From Fidelibacterota bacterium (GTDB taxonomy: Bacteria > Fidelibacterota > Marinisomatia > Marinisomatales > S15-B10): 64,000 nucleotides of DNA. Shown one piece after another: positions 8,716 through 19,622 of the stretch. Within the stretch, counting starts at the first letter, position 1, and each line of letters begins with the position of its first letter. Location of the stretch: assembly GCA_046861655.1 (NCBI GenBank), contig JBHIAI010000001.1, positions 43,027 through 107,026 of the forward strand, given 5' to 3'. The position numbers were made by a program, and so were the translations under genes. The notes under the pieces were generated by a model. It saw nothing but the letters and a program-made list of their open reading frames with translations. It was not told the DNA's origin and did not search any database.

Positions 8716-10995
8716 TTAGAATACAATATCAACGATTGAATCTGTGAGAAAAGTGGTAGAGTATTTGACCAGCACCGTTCTCGTATCGGTAAAGGGCAGG
8801 GCCGGATCGAAGCTGTGGCGGTTGGTGTTGATTCCCTCATTATAAACGATGTACAGGTCGGTCCCTTCCCGGGGATTGAACCGGAACCGTCCGTTGAAAA
8901 CGATGGCGTCGGTGGCGCTGTTGTACTGGATGAACGTGAAAAGAGAAAGGACGGCCGACAGGGTAGTCTTCAGGCGCAACCGGACAATGTTGGAATCGAA
9001 CCGCTGATCTCGCTGCGGAAACCGGACCCTGTTGAATTCTACAGATCCACTCGCTTCAAAGTATTTGGAGATGACCCACGCCGGAACGGCCCTTAGAGAA
9101 AGTCTATGACCATCATAGAACGTGCCCCCATTCAGGTACGTTTCCACCCGGAACAGGCCGCCAAACGGAGATTGATAGGAGGCGCTCAGCTCGGTGAAAG
9201 TGTAGGTATCAGGGGAGATGAAACTGTCGCTGCTCAGGCGAAATGTATCGGTTATCGACTCATGAAGTAGTTTGAGTCCCAGGGATGTAAAGACGCCAGA
9301 TTTTGTTGACCGCCACCATGAAGACCCCACTTCCGCTGATTCTAATCTACCATCGGTGTTGTTTAAGAATATCCAGCTGAGGAGGGACAATGAGTGGGAA
9401 AAAATGGGAGAATCCTCATCCGGAAACCACCCGTAGGAAACCTCATTCCGGAAGAGGGTATAGTTCGTCCGGGGGACGAACCCCATGCCGGGATTGTAAT
9501 CCATCCCCTGCCGCGATACACTCAGGTCGAATCCCAGTCCTTCCTTAGTGCGGCGTTCCCAGTTTAGTCGAAATCGTGTCGTCGCCAGACTCAGGATGGG
9601 CTCGGTGGTTTCCGTGTCCGCTGTCTGGGCCCAGTTCAACGTAAGGTAATCATCGCCAAACAGTCTCAGAATACCATCCAGGGCATAGGCGAGGTTTCTG
9701 TGGCCATCGGTTCCGATCCGGCTGGTGACCATCCCTCCGGCATAAGAGTACGGGTTCAGTACCTGGCGCCGGAGTCGTAAGACACCGAAGTTTTCCGATG
9801 CAACGGTCACCGTGGAATCCGGTTCCGGGGAGAACGCGGTTTGTGCCGTTTGCATGTTCATGCCACCGATATCCCAATCACCCAATCGCCCCACCAGGCG
9901 CACCCCGCCCAGGATGGGAACCAGTCCGTAGTCTGATAAGCCGATGCTACGGCTGTAGAACAGACGATTGGGGCCTCCCAGGCTGAAATCGAAAATGGAG
10001 GATCGTTCTTGAAAGAATAGTCGCTTCTCCGGGAAAAACAGGGAAAACCGGGTGAGGTTTACCTGTTCGTCGTCCGCCTCCACCTGGGCGAAGTCCGTAT
10101 TCAGGGTGAGATCCAGAGTCAGGTTGCTGGAAAGGCTGTACTTAACATCGAGCCCGATGTCACGGGCAGGGTTTTGTTCCACTGTCCAGGCCGTTTCGTC
10201 GTCGTTGAGTTTGGACGATTGTCCGGTACCGCCAAGGGCATACGGCGTGACGTAAAGGGGATTCCTGGAGTAAACACCCTCAAGCCGGACCCGCTGGGCT
10301 AGGGAGGGTTTCCACACACTCCAGAATCCCCATTTGGGAGATATGGCGGGAAAGGTGACCGTCTCAAACTTCCTGGCAATGTAGCGCCACGCGGTCAATC
10401 CCATGGTGACCTGACCGTCTGTATCCTGAAAACGAAGACTCGAAAAAGGGATTCGCATTTCGGCGAACCACCCTTGGTCGGTTATCTTGACCGCCACATC
10501 CCAGAAGGTATTCCAGCTGACGTTTACGGGGAATTCGCCCTGGGCGTCGTTGAAAACGGCCGCGTCGAATCGGATCCCGGCGGGAGTGGTAAAAAACCCG
10601 AGACCGTTTTCGTTGTCATTGAAGGTGTCCAGTATGATGCCGAACCAGTCGTTGCTGGGGCTCATGTTGTCCCGGTTCATGGCTCCTCGCTGGATCCCCT
10701 CTGGATCGGAATCATACAGTCGTCCGGCTACGTACAGGTAGTCATCATCGTAGGCCACCAGAATTTCAGTGACTTCGGACGGATCGAGACCGAAGGTGGG
10801 CTGGTTCATGGTCACTTCCAGGGGGTTAATCCGCTGCCAGGCCGGTTCCTGGCTGAATCCATCTAGGGTGACGGGACCGTCTATCCGGGGAAGGGTCATC
10901 ACGTCCTGGGCCTGTAACGCCCCGGAAAACAAGGAGCCACAGGCCAGGGTACAGAGAGCGACACTGAGGTGCGGGAATCGGGATAGGGACGTCAT
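8716..10995 (-). CDS. CBM9-like/DUF5916 outer-membrane protein
   Basis: TLNTDFAQVEADD, LFFPEKRLFFQE and GWFAEMRIPFSSLRF motifs; signal peptide. Confidence 0.8.
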   Translation of the reverse strand: MTSLSRFPHLSVALCTLACGSLFSGALQAQDVMTLPRIDGPVTLDGFSQEPAWQRINPLEVTMNQPTFGLDPSEVTEILVAYDDDYLYVAGRLYDSDPEGIQRGAMNRDNMSPSNDWFGIILDTFNDNENGLGFFTTPAGIRFDAAVFNDAQGEFPVNVSWNTFWDVAVKITDQGWFAEMRIPFSSLRFQDTDGQVTMGLTAWRYIARKFETVTFPAISPKWGFWSVWKPSLAQRVRLEGVYSRNPLYVTPYALGGTGQSSKLNDDETAWTVEQNPARDIGLDVKYSLSSNLTLDLTLNTDFAQVEADDEQVNLTRFSLFFPEKRLFFQERSSIFDFSLGGPNRLFYSRSIGLSDYGLVPILGGVRLVGRLGDWDIGGMNMQTAQTAFSPEPDSTVTVASENFGVLRLRRQVLNPYSYAGGMVTSRIGTDGHRNLAYALDGILRLFGDDYLTLNWAQTADTETTEPILSLATTRFRLNWERRTKEGLGFDLSVSRQGMDYNPGMGFVPRTNYTLFRNEVSYGWFPDEDSPIFSHSLSLLSWIFLNNTDGRLESAEVGSSWWRSTKSGVFTSLGLKLLHESITDTFRLSSDSFISPDTYTFTELSASYQSPFGGLFRVETYLNGGTFYDGHRLSLRAVPAWVISKYFEASGSVEFNRVRFPQRDQRFDSNIVRLRLKTTLSAVLSLFTFIQYNSATDAIVFNGRFRFNPREGTDLYIVYNEGINTNRHSFDPALPFTDTRTVLVKYSTTFLTDSIVDIVF

Positions 10996-11043
10996 TGAAG
11001 CTTAAGCAACAAGAGGGTGGAACCCGGCGGGAAAATGTCCCGG

Positions 11044-11934
11044 CTATCCCGAATAAGCAACGCTCTTTTTCCTCACCTGAACAAGAACGGCGCCCACTGC
11101 CGCTACAATCATTCCCGCACCCTCCTGAAAGGAGATTTTCTCATCGAGGAAGAACCAGGCCAGAATCGCAATCTGGATCAACATGGTGCCGTTGATGATA
11201 CTGGACTCCATGGCGGTGAGAGTGCGGAGAGTGAGGTTCCATAGAGTAAACGCAAAGGCAGTGTTAACGGCAGCCAGCCAGGCAACAAAGGCGAGCCCTT
11301 TTAGGCTTATGATCGGCAGGCCTTCCGTAGCAAATCCTGCACTGAGCAAGACAACCGACCCCACACCCATGCTGACAAAGGTTACGACCAGCGGGCTGAC
11401 ATCCCGGTTTCTGTTAATGTCCCGTCCCAGTACAGCCGCCCCTGAGTTTGCCAGCACCCCCATTCCCATGACGGCCAGCCCCAGTCCTTGACTTCCCAAG
11501 AATGAAATGGGATAAAAGTAAACCACGATTCCCATGATGAACAGCAGGGCACCCGTCCATTGAAGGAATCGGGGGATTTCTTTCAGGAGGAAGATGCCCA
11601 TGACGGCGACGATCAGGGGGGTAAAGTTTAGCAGAAGACTTACGGTAACCGCGGGCAAAAGGGAAAGGCCCACAAACTGAGCACCCTGGGTGAAAGCGTA
11701 GAACACAACCCCCAACAGAAGAAGCTTCCGCCACTGGAGTTTTGTCAGTTGACGTATTTCATTTCGGGTTTTCTTCCTTAGAACGAAGGGAACAAAGCAG
11801 ACAAAGGCCAGGGCGTACCGCAGGCCAGCAAAAGAGAGAGGGGGAATTTCGGTAAGACCCCATTTGATGATGATGAACGATGTTGACCACAGAAAAGTGA
11901 CGAACAGGGCCTGAAATACCGCAACTAGCCTCAC
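11044..11934 (-). CDS. DMT/EamA family transporter
   Basis: LWSTSFIIIK..PPLSFAGLRY; AFTLWN; about 10 TMs. Confidence 0.9.
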   Translation of the reverse strand: MRLVAVFQALFVTFLWSTSFIIIKWGLTEIPPLSFAGLRYALAFVCFVPFVLRKKTRNEIRQLTKLQWRKLLLLGVVFYAFTQGAQFVGLSLLPAVTVSLLLNFTPLIVAVMGIFLLKEIPRFLQWTGALLFIMGIVVYFYPISFLGSQGLGLAVMGMGVLANSGAAVLGRDINRNRDVSPLVVTFVSMGVGSVVLLSAGFATEGLPIISLKGLAFVAWLAAVNTAFAFTLWNLTLRTLTAMESSIINGTMLIQIAILAWFFLDEKISFQEGAGMIVAAVGAVLVQVRKKSVAYSG

Positions 11935-12389
11935 TTTTTATCCCTATGGGAGGGGGGACGGACAATGATTTCAAGGATCTCCCTGGCCTCTTCCTCACTC
12001 AGAGCCCTGGCCTCGATCCGAACATCCTCAGGGACCCAGTCTGGAAAGGGGGTCTCTTCCACCGCGTGCTTGCCCGATGAAGTGTGAAACTCGCGAACGG
12101 CCGAAATCCGTTCGGGATCAAGTTTACCGGCTATTCTTACCAGATGGGGCCAAAGGCGCCGGTGGACGTAGGTAATTTTTCCGTCTACCAGTCTGCACAC
12201 AAGGATGTCCGAAGATCTCCTGAGCGCACGGGTCAGGTTGAAGATCTCGTGGCCCTTCGTATGGTCCCACCAGCTCCCCACGATAGGACCCCCAGCCACC
12301 TGCTCGGCGAGGCTGGGGACAAAGGATCGGGCGGATTCGGTGACCACGCCGTGTTTATCGACGAACGCCAGGGCTTCAGGTTCATTCAC
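11931..12389 (-). CDS. Conserved hypothetical protein (possibly AlkZ-related winged helix)
   Basis: GTG start with GGAG RBS; GSWWDH and CRLVDGKITYVHRRLWP motifs. Confidence 0.55.
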   Translation of the reverse strand: MNEPEALAFVDKHGVVTESARSFVPSLAEQVAGGPIVGSWWDHTKGHEIFNLTRALRRSSDILVCRLVDGKITYVHRRLWPHLVRIAGKLDPERISAVREFHTSSGKHAVEETPFPDWVPEDVRIEARALSEEEAREILEIIVRPPSHRDKK

Positions 12390-12544
12390 TGAATCTCTCC
12401 ACCGGGAAAAGGTTGGAAAAGTTTGGACCGAAGTTAGGGGAAAGCTTCCATCAGTTTCAATACTCAGGCTGCAAACGACGGTCACCCGGCTCGTGCTCAT
12501 AGGCCAGGGCGATCCATTGAGGCGACCTCGGGAAACCTCCCATA

Positions 12545-13049
12545 TCACTCCAGTACAATATCCCGGGTGCCTCTCCAGACTCCGTCGTCTCCTCGTTCAA
12601 GGGATACGATCCCCGATCCCCCTCGAGCTTCCAAACGCTGGCGGCGGCGTTTCGTCAAAAAGGGATCTCCTTCAAACATGATGCTGTCAATCCAGTATTC
12701 GGGCGTATCCGGTTCTTTAATGGTCACATGAATGTGGGCAGGCTCTGAACCTGTAGGGTAGGTTCCAGGCCGGATCGTGTCGATCCTGTATTGGCCATTC
12801 TCGTCAGTCTGAAGCCAGCCCCGAAGGTATCCATGCCGCCGGCCGTTTCCTGTCTCATCACCGCGCTTGGCGTAGATTCCCGCTTGGTTTGTATGGTAGG
12901 CGTAGAGGATCCCGATGGGATTGTTCTTGAGTAGTGTCCGGAGACGCCCGACCTGCGGCGATGAGGTACGACACAATCAAGGGAATCAGGATATCTCTTT
13001 GGGAGAGAATTCTTGAGAAATTCATGGCTGTTTCCCCCAGCGGGGCCAA
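12545..13049 (-). pseudogene. Intradiol ring-cleavage dioxygenase-like gene, internally deleted or frameshifted
   Basis: C-part YAYHTN..GIY, LRGWLQTDENGQY, TIRPGTYP, PAHIH; the signal-like N-part (12858-13049 ORF) is in another frame. Confidence 0.6.
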
Positions 13050-13199
13050 AACTTATGACGTTAACACGTGTGTTGCCACAAAGTTTAACCCCACTGCATT
13101 CTTCTTGAATCTCACCCTCTGAATCCATAAACTGGCCGGAAGGTTGGGGACACCCTCAATTCCACTTCGCAGCAATCTCTTTCACAGGAGGAGACCATC

Positions 13200-14162
13200 A
13201 TGAGGAAGCTGGTGTTTACGGGATTACTGGTGGTGATGGGATGTGCCAGTTTGATTCCCCTGAAAGTGGGGCCGCCGCGAGACATAACGGTTGACGTTAC
13301 TCCAGAACGGATTGCCAGGGGTGAATACCTGGCCAATCATGTAACGCACTGCATCACTTGCCACTCTGAACTCAACTGGGATTTTTACGCCGGTGGACAG
13401 CCCCAACCCGGCACCGAAGGCCAGGGTGGGGACCCGATCGCGGAAAACATGGGGATCATCGGGAGTTTTGAAGTGTTCGCGGGGAACATCACCCCTGCGG
13501 CCCTTAATGACTGGACCGACGGCCAGGTAATTCAGGCTATCACCGAAGGGGTAACCAGGGACGGCAGACCGCTGTTCCCGGTCATGCCGTACAGTGCCTT
13601 CCGCATCATGCCCGAGGAAGATGTCTATGCCATCGTGGCGTACTTGCGGCAGCTGAAACCGATCGAGAATCCCGTTGGCAAAAAGAAGATCAAGCGGATA
13701 TTGAAACTCGTGGAGCGGACGTTTCCCAGTCCCTGGGACCCTCAACCTCTTCCCGATCCTTCCGACAGGCTGGCCTACGGAAAGTATCTGGCCACCATCG
13801 GAAGTTGCCATGGCTGCCACGACACCTTCTCGAGTTCAGGCAAGCCCATAGAGGGAATGACTCTTGCGGGAGGCAATGAGTTTGCCCTGCCCGAAGGCGG
13901 GACGGTCCGTTCCAGCAACATCACTTCCGATCCGGAAACGGGAATAGGGAACCGGTCAAGAGAGGAGTTCATCGGACTGTTCAAGTCCTTTCAGAATCCA
14001 GTCAAAATGGACGAGATGAATAGACACCAGAATACGGTTATGCCATGGCCGGCCTTCGCCGGGATGAAGGACGAGGATCTCGGGGCCATCTATGACTACC
14101 TCATGTGGGCCGAGCCAGTCAAGAACCGAGTGGAGAAGTATCCAGTTCTCGCGGTACCCTAA
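13200..14162 (+). CDS. Diheme c-type cytochrome (probable lipoprotein)
   Basis: Two CXXCH motifs (CITCH, CHGCH); RGEYLA, SSNITSDPETGIG, MPW. Confidence 0.85.
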   Translation: MRKLVFTGLLVVMGCASLIPLKVGPPRDITVDVTPERIARGEYLANHVTHCITCHSELNWDFYAGGQPQPGTEGQGGDPIAENMGIIGSFEVFAGNITPAALNDWTDGQVIQAITEGVTRDGRPLFPVMPYSAFRIMPEEDVYAIVAYLRQLKPIENPVGKKKIKRILKLVERTFPSPWDPQPLPDPSDRLAYGKYLATIGSCHGCHDTFSSSGKPIEGMTLAGGNEFALPEGGTVRSSNITSDPETGIGNRSREEFIGLFKSFQNPVKMDEMNRHQNTVMPWPAFAGMKDEDLGAIYDYLMWAEPVKNRVEKYPVLAVP

Positions 14163-14237
14163 GGGATTATATTGTGTAAAGGATTCGGATAGGCGGTAGG
14201 TTACACGGTACCCGGAGGGAGTGCCCGGGTTCACAAA

Positions 14238-15395
14238 CTAGTCGAACAGTTTCTTGTACTTCCCGTATCCCTCCGCTTCCAATTCCTCTTTGGGTATGAA
14301 CTTTAAAGCCGCCGAATTAATACAGTAACGCAACCCCGTCGGAGCAGGTCCATCGGTGAACACGTGTCCCAGGTGGGAATCGGCTTTCTTGCTTCTGATC
14401 TCCGTTCTTAGCATAAAGAGACTTCTATCTTCTTTTTCCGCCAGATTGCCTGAGTCTAACGGCTTGGTAAAACAAGGCCAGCCCGTTCCCGAATCGAATT
14501 TGTCCAGGGAACTGAATAGGGGTTCACCAGAGACGATATCCACGTATATGCCTTCTTTCTTGTTGTTCCAGTATTCGTTGCTAAACGGTCGCTCGGTAGC
14601 CCCCTTCTGAGTAACCTCGTACTGGAGAGGCGTCAGCCGATTCTTTATTTCCTCATCCGTAGGTTTTTGAAATTTGGATGACGCCCCCCTTTTCTCTCCT
14701 CCCGCCCGGGCGGGAGGGACCGAGGAGGGTGTTGTCTCAACAGAGGAGGTTTTCCTGGATGATTTTCCCCACTTCTCTTTCAGGAATTCATCCCGGCCTG
14801 AGCCTTTGCGGTACCGTTTGTACCCGATAGTGTGCTTCCTGTAGTAATCTTGGTGATAATCTTCTGCTTTCCAGAATTTGGTGTAGGGGACAATTTCGGT
14901 GACGATGGGTCTGTCAAAGAGCCCTGACTTTTCCAGTTCTCGTTTTGATTCCTCCGCCAGGCGCTTTTGTTCCTCGCTGTGATAGAAGATTGCCGTACGG
15001 TACTGGGACCCCCGGTCCACGAAGGACCCTCCTGCATCGGTAGGATCGATCTGCCTCCAGAATATCTCCAGCAGGTCCGAATACCCCACCTTGCCAGGAT
15101 CGTAGGTGATCTGAATGGTCTCGGTATGACCTGTCTTACCCGAGGATACCTCCTGATAGGTGGGGTTTTCCTTGTGGCCGCCGGAATAACCCGAGACCAC
15201 AGTCCTTACCCCGTCCGTAGACTCAAAAGGGGGCTCCATGCACCAAAAACAGCCTCCGGCAAAGGTAGCCGTTTCAAGTTTTTGGGACCGCTTTTTCATA
15301 GAAAACTCCTGTTTGGGTCCGTCCCCACCTTTAGCATCGGAGCAGCCGGTGAGGACGAGAACGAAACTGACGCTGAAGAAGAGTACGTATTTCAT
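14238..15395 (-). CDS. msrAB: Exported bifunctional methionine sulfoxide reductase MsrA/MsrB
   Basis: GGCFWC and AEDYHQDYY (MsrA); HLGHVF..RYCINS (MsrB); lipobox LTGC. Confidence 0.93.
   Translation of the reverse strand: MKYVLFFSVSFVLVLTGCSDAKGGDGPKQEFSMKKRSQKLETATFAGGCFWCMEPPFESTDGVRTVVSGYSGGHKENPTYQEVSSGKTGHTETIQITYDPGKVGYSDLLEIFWRQIDPTDAGGSFVDRGSQYRTAIFYHSEEQKRLAEESKRELEKSGLFDRPIVTEIVPYTKFWKAEDYHQDYYRKHTIGYKRYRKGSGRDEFLKEKWGKSSRKTSSVETTPSSVPPARAGGEKRGASSKFQKPTDEEIKNRLTPLQYEVTQKGATERPFSNEYWNNKKEGIYVDIVSGEPLFSSLDKFDSGTGWPCFTKPLDSGNLAEKEDRSLFMLRTEIRSKKADSHLGHVFTDGPAPTGLRYCINSAALKFIPKEELEAEGYGKYKKLFD
14684..14731 (-). repeat. REP-like palindromic element in frame within the MsrA-MsrB linker
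   Basis: Perfect 20-bp palindrome CCTCCCGCCCGGGCGGGAGG (14698-14717) followed by AGAAAAGGGG. Confidence 0.7.
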
Positions 15396-15622
15396 GCTCA
15401 CATTTCGAAGGCCCTGCCGCACCTTCAACCAAAGTTAGGATGATTCATCCAGTTTGGCCACGGCAATTGTGAGATCTCACCGGCTCCCCTCTTCCCAGAA
15501 AGTCATGTCCCCATCCGATAGAAACACTCCAGGTTTCACAAAAAGGTCCCCAAAAAAAGGGGAAAAACCATCGGGAATCTCTTGACGAGGATCGTGGTAC
15601 ACTGTATTTTCGCGGCCATAAT

Positions 15623-17068
15623 TTGACGACCATGGAGGAACATACACAGCAACCTAAGTCCCAGGAAGTCCTTGAGGAAGAGGCCTCCAGGGCAAGGAAC
15701 ACTCTGAACGTATCCATCAAGGAAGGGAACTGGTGGGCCATCATGGTGGGTTTTGGGGAATCGTATCTGACAGCATTCGGCGAGTACCTGAAGGCCTCCC
15801 TCACTCAAATCAGCCTTCTGACTACCCTGCCTCAGGTGATATCCAGCCTGGTGCAGCTCGCCGCCTTCAAGATGACAAATCTGATGGCCACGCGCAAACG
15901 GCTGGTAGTGACCGCTGCCATGATGCAGTCCGTTACCTGGCTTGCCATCATTGTGATTACGTATTTTGTTCGTGATGTCACGCCGCTTCTTGGTTTGGCC
16001 GTCTTTTATTTTGTCTGCGGCGCCATGGGAGTGTCGCCGTGGATGTCATGGATGGGGGATCTTGTTCCCGAAAAATCAAGGGGGAGGTACTTCGGGAGGA
16101 GAAACAGGATCGTCGGTTTTGTCTCGTTCGTGTCTGTTACCGCCGCCGGAATGATCCTGGACCGGCTGTCGAGTGTCAATCCGTTCAGCGGGTTTGCGGT
16201 TCTTTTTTCCATCGCTTTTATAGGTCGATTTATCTCCAGCCTGATGCTGGCAAACCAGTACGAACCCCAGGTCGAACTCAAAGCTCCGGAATCCTACAGT
16301 TTCTTAAGATTCCTCCGGAGGCTTCACAGGGAGGACTATGGCTTCTTCTCCCTTTACATCATGTTGATGATGTTTGCTGTCTATCTTGCCTCACCCCTCT
16401 TCATCGTCCTGTGGCTGAGGGTGTTCGAATTCTCCTACATGAAGTTCATGATTTTGGTCTCCAGTGCCTCCATCGCCAGCTTTATCACCATGACAGTGTG
16501 GGGAAAATCCGCGGATCGCTTCGGGAACAAGAGTGTCCTGGAAGTCTGCAGCTACCTGTTGACGTTCGTTCCCCTCCTCTGGTTCCCTCTGGGCTACCTT
16601 CCCCGGGAGATAACTTTCGTTCTGGGGATAGGAATACAAATCCTGTCTGGATTTTCATGGGCGGGATTCAACCTGAGTTCTGGCAACTTCGTTTACGATA
16701 TGGTGACTCCCGAGAATAGGCTGAAATTCATTTCCTACCACACCGCCTTGAAGGGATCCTCCATATTCCTCGGAGGAATCGTCGGAGCCTTCGTCGCGGG
16801 CATCCCCGTTTCCGTTGCCTGGCTCCCTTCGGGCATCTACCTTATTCTTCTGATCTCAGGTGCAGCCAGGGGGCTTGTGGCCCTCACTTTTGTCGGGAGA
16901 ATCCGGGAGGCCCGGGAGGTCGTCCGGCGTCCCCCGCTGCTTCGAATGGTCACTGTGGTGCCCGTTCAGGGACTGTACCTTGAAATAGTGGTGGGGATGA
17001 ACCGGACTGCCCGGAAATTCCGGCAGGGAATGAGAAGAATCTGGAATCAGACCTCCGCCAGGGGTTGA
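15623..17068 (+). CDS. MFS transporter
   Basis: About 12 TMs; WMGDLVPEKSRGRYFG and WGKSADRFGNK motifs. Confidence 0.88.
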   Translation: MTTMEEHTQQPKSQEVLEEEASRARNTLNVSIKEGNWWAIMVGFGESYLTAFGEYLKASLTQISLLTTLPQVISSLVQLAAFKMTNLMATRKRLVVTAAMMQSVTWLAIIVITYFVRDVTPLLGLAVFYFVCGAMGVSPWMSWMGDLVPEKSRGRYFGRRNRIVGFVSFVSVTAAGMILDRLSSVNPFSGFAVLFSIAFIGRFISSLMLANQYEPQVELKAPESYSFLRFLRRLHREDYGFFSLYIMLMMFAVYLASPLFIVLWLRVFEFSYMKFMILVSSASIASFITMTVWGKSADRFGNKSVLEVCSYLLTFVPLLWFPLGYLPREITFVLGIGIQILSGFSWAGFNLSSGNFVYDMVTPENRLKFISYHTALKGSSIFLGGIVGAFVAGIPVSVAWLPSGIYLILLISGAARGLVALTFVGRIREAREVVRRPPLLRMVTVVPVQGLYLEIVVGMNRTARKFRQGMRRIWNQTSARG

Positions 17069-17101
17069 TTCTCAGCCACTGACGTCCTAAACTCGGTCAC
17101 C

Positions 17102-18322
17102 ATGGGAAAAACTCGTACCTATCCGGTTCTGATTATTCTGGGGATTATGATCCTTTCTTACAGAGTGGCCGCGACTCCTGGCCTGTCATCGAAGCTGGTG
17201 GCCCATGGCTTTTCCAAACCGGTCTACGTGACTTCCCACCCGGAAGATCCCTCACGCCTTTTTGTGGTTGAGCAGAAAGGGGTAATCAAGATCATCGAGA
17301 ACGGCGAAGTCCTTTCAAGACCGTTTCTTGACATCACTGACCGGGTCCATAACCCCGTGACACCCGGGGATGAACGAGGCCTGCTGGGTCTGGCCTTCCA
17401 TCCTGTCTATCCCGAAAATGGCTTTTTCTACGTCAACTACGTGGACAGGGAAGATCACACCATTATCTCCAGGTTTCGGGCCCCATCCGATCCAAGGGTG
17501 GCAGACCACGACTCGGAGAAAGTTTTGATGAGACTTAAGCAGCCTTTCTCCAATCATAACGGTGGACATCTCGCCTTTGGACCCAAAGACGGATTCCTGT
17601 ACATCGCCCTGGGAGATGGGGGGAAATGGGGGGATCCCTTCAATCACGCCCAGACGCTGGATAATCTGTTCGGAAAGATTCTACGTATCGATGTGGACAG
17701 GGCAGACCCCTACGGTATTCCTCCCGGTAACCCCTTTGTTCATGTTGCCGGAGCCAGGCCCGAAATCTGGGTCTACGGCCTTCGAAACCCCTGGAGGTTT
17801 TCTTTTGACCGGACTACGGGGAACCTGTACATGGGGGACGTAGGTCAGGACACCTGGGAGGAAATCGATGTCCAGAGGGCTGGCAGCCCTGGGGGTGAGA
17901 ACTACGGCTGGCGAATCATGGAGGGGAATCACTGTTACAACCCTCCGAAAGACTGTGACACGGAAGGTCTAACACCGCCCGTGTGGGAGTACTCCAACGA
18001 CGCCAACTACATGCGAACCCTCATGGGAAGGTCGCAGTTTGGCGTTACCGGTTGTTCTGTGACGGGGGGGTATGTCTACCGGGGACAGGCCATGCCTGAA
18101 CTTCAGGGTACCTACTTTTTCGCGGACTACTGCTCGGGCAACATCTGGAGTTTTGAGTTTTCCCACGGCCGGGTCACGAATGTTCAGGATAGAACAGCAG
18201 AGATTAACCTGGCTGGCGGGGAATTCACAACGTATGTCTCGTCCTTCGGGGAGGACGCCACCGGGGAGTTATACGTTGTTGATTATAATGGAGGTGTTTA
18301 CAGGATCATTCGAGGAGAATAG
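17102..18322 (+). CDS. PQQ-dependent glucose/sorbosone dehydrogenase family protein
   Basis: ERGLLGLAFHP, NHNGGHLAFG, YGLRNPWRFSFD. Confidence 0.9.
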   Translation: MGKTRTYPVLIILGIMILSYRVAATPGLSSKLVAHGFSKPVYVTSHPEDPSRLFVVEQKGVIKIIENGEVLSRPFLDITDRVHNPVTPGDERGLLGLAFHPVYPENGFFYVNYVDREDHTIISRFRAPSDPRVADHDSEKVLMRLKQPFSNHNGGHLAFGPKDGFLYIALGDGGKWGDPFNHAQTLDNLFGKILRIDVDRADPYGIPPGNPFVHVAGARPEIWVYGLRNPWRFSFDRTTGNLYMGDVGQDTWEEIDVQRAGSPGGENYGWRIMEGNHCYNPPKDCDTEGLTPPVWEYSNDANYMRTLMGRSQFGVTGCSVTGGYVYRGQAMPELQGTYFFADYCSGNIWSFEFSHGRVTNVQDRTAEINLAGGEFTTYVSSFGEDATGELYVVDYNGGVYRIIRGE

Positions 18323-18337
18323 GACCGGAGGTTTCTC

Positions 18338-18991
18338 ATGGCATTCAAGAAGCTCGAGTTCCACCCACTCCCGGAGGAAGAGATGGTTCGGCGATCCATC
18401 GAATACCTGCGGGCAATGAAAACAAGAAGAAGCGTGAGAGATTTTTCTGACAGGTCCGTTTCTTTTGAGGTCATAAAGAACATCGTAATGACGGCGGCCT
18501 CAGCCCCTTCAGGAGCCAACAAGCAACCGTGGACCTTCGTCATCGTGAAAGACCCCAGGATTAAGAAACGGATTCGCATAGCGGCCGAAAAGGAAGAAAA
18601 GGAGAATTACGAGCGCCGGTTTACTAACGAGTGGTTGGACGACCTGAACCTGTTTGGCACCGATTGGCACAAGGAGTTCCTGGAAATGGCGCCCTACCTT
18701 ATCGTCGTCTTTAAGCACAGTTTTGATGTGGTAAGCGGGGAGCATCGCAAGAACTACTATGTCAACGAATCCGTTGGCATTGCCGCCGGGTTCCTGTTGA
18801 CGGCGATCCACAATGCGGGACTCGTGGCCCTGACCCACACCCCGAGTCCCATGGGATTTCTGGCAGAAATCCTGAATAGACCGGCCAATGAAAAACCGTT
18901 CTTACTCATTCCGGTCGGTTTCCCAAGGGATGGTGCCGAGGTTCCCGTCCTGGATAAGAAAAGTTTCGAAGAAGTTGCCGTTGTTTGTTAA
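18338..18991 (+). CDS. Nitroreductase family, iodotyrosine-deiodinase-like
   Basis: RRSVRDFS, APSGANKQPW, AEKEEKENY, ALTHTPSPM. Confidence 0.82.
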   Translation: MAFKKLEFHPLPEEEMVRRSIEYLRAMKTRRSVRDFSDRSVSFEVIKNIVMTAASAPSGANKQPWTFVIVKDPRIKKRIRIAAEKEEKENYERRFTNEWLDDLNLFGTDWHKEFLEMAPYLIVVFKHSFDVVSGEHRKNYYVNESVGIAAGFLLTAIHNAGLVALTHTPSPMGFLAEILNRPANEKPFLLIPVGFPRDGAEVPVLDKKSFEEVAVVC

Positions 18992-19016
18992 AGGGAGGTC
19001 CATGGAGCTTGTTCAT

Positions 19017-19622
19017 TTATGGTTCCCCCGAAGACGTGGGCATCACAATACCCCCCTCACCTCCGAGTATTTCGCCGTTGCCCTGGAGAAACCACCGGCC
19101 AACCAGGGCCGCAGTCGCCGCATCCAGTTCATCTCCCGTCATGGTAGCCGTCAATCCCTCAACACCCATTCGTTTCAGTCCCCTGAGAAGCCCTTTGAGG
19201 TCCCGGTGCTGGCGGGGAAGACCCCACACGTCTTGAGCCGCACCGGGATAACACTCTACCGCCCTGTGCCCCATCCCCTCAATTCTCTCCTTGAGAGCTA
19301 ACCCACGTTCGGTCAACATTCGCATGGGGCCCAGGGTGATAGGAAAAAAGCGAATGCCCCGGCGCCGCAGCTCATGGTCACACTCTCGAAAATGCTCACC
19401 GGAGCGGTCGTGAATGGTCTTTCGTCCCTTGGGCAGACTCAAAGGGGCATCTATGGAAACCAGCTCTGGCCGTGCCCGGTCTATGGCGTTAAGGATCTCT
19501 TCATCGTCCGACGCCACCTCAGTCGTTGCCATCATACCGCGCAGGAGACATATCCCCGTTGGGCGGCTGGGCGAGCCTGCAAGATCTACCCCAAGAACGA
19601 CCATCGTTCTACCCTTTGACAC
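19017..19622 (-). CDS. DUF429 family protein (RNase H-like fold)
   Basis: GVDLAG, SIDAPLSLP, ECYP, DELDAATAA. Confidence 0.75.
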   Translation of the reverse strand: MSKGRTMVVLGVDLAGSPSRPTGICLLRGMMATTEVASDDEEILNAIDRARPELVSIDAPLSLPKGRKTIHDRSGEHFRECDHELRRRGIRFFPITLGPMRMLTERGLALKERIEGMGHRAVECYPGAAQDVWGLPRQHRDLKGLLRGLKRMGVEGLTATMTGDELDAATAALVGRWFLQGNGEILGGEGGIVMPTSSGEP

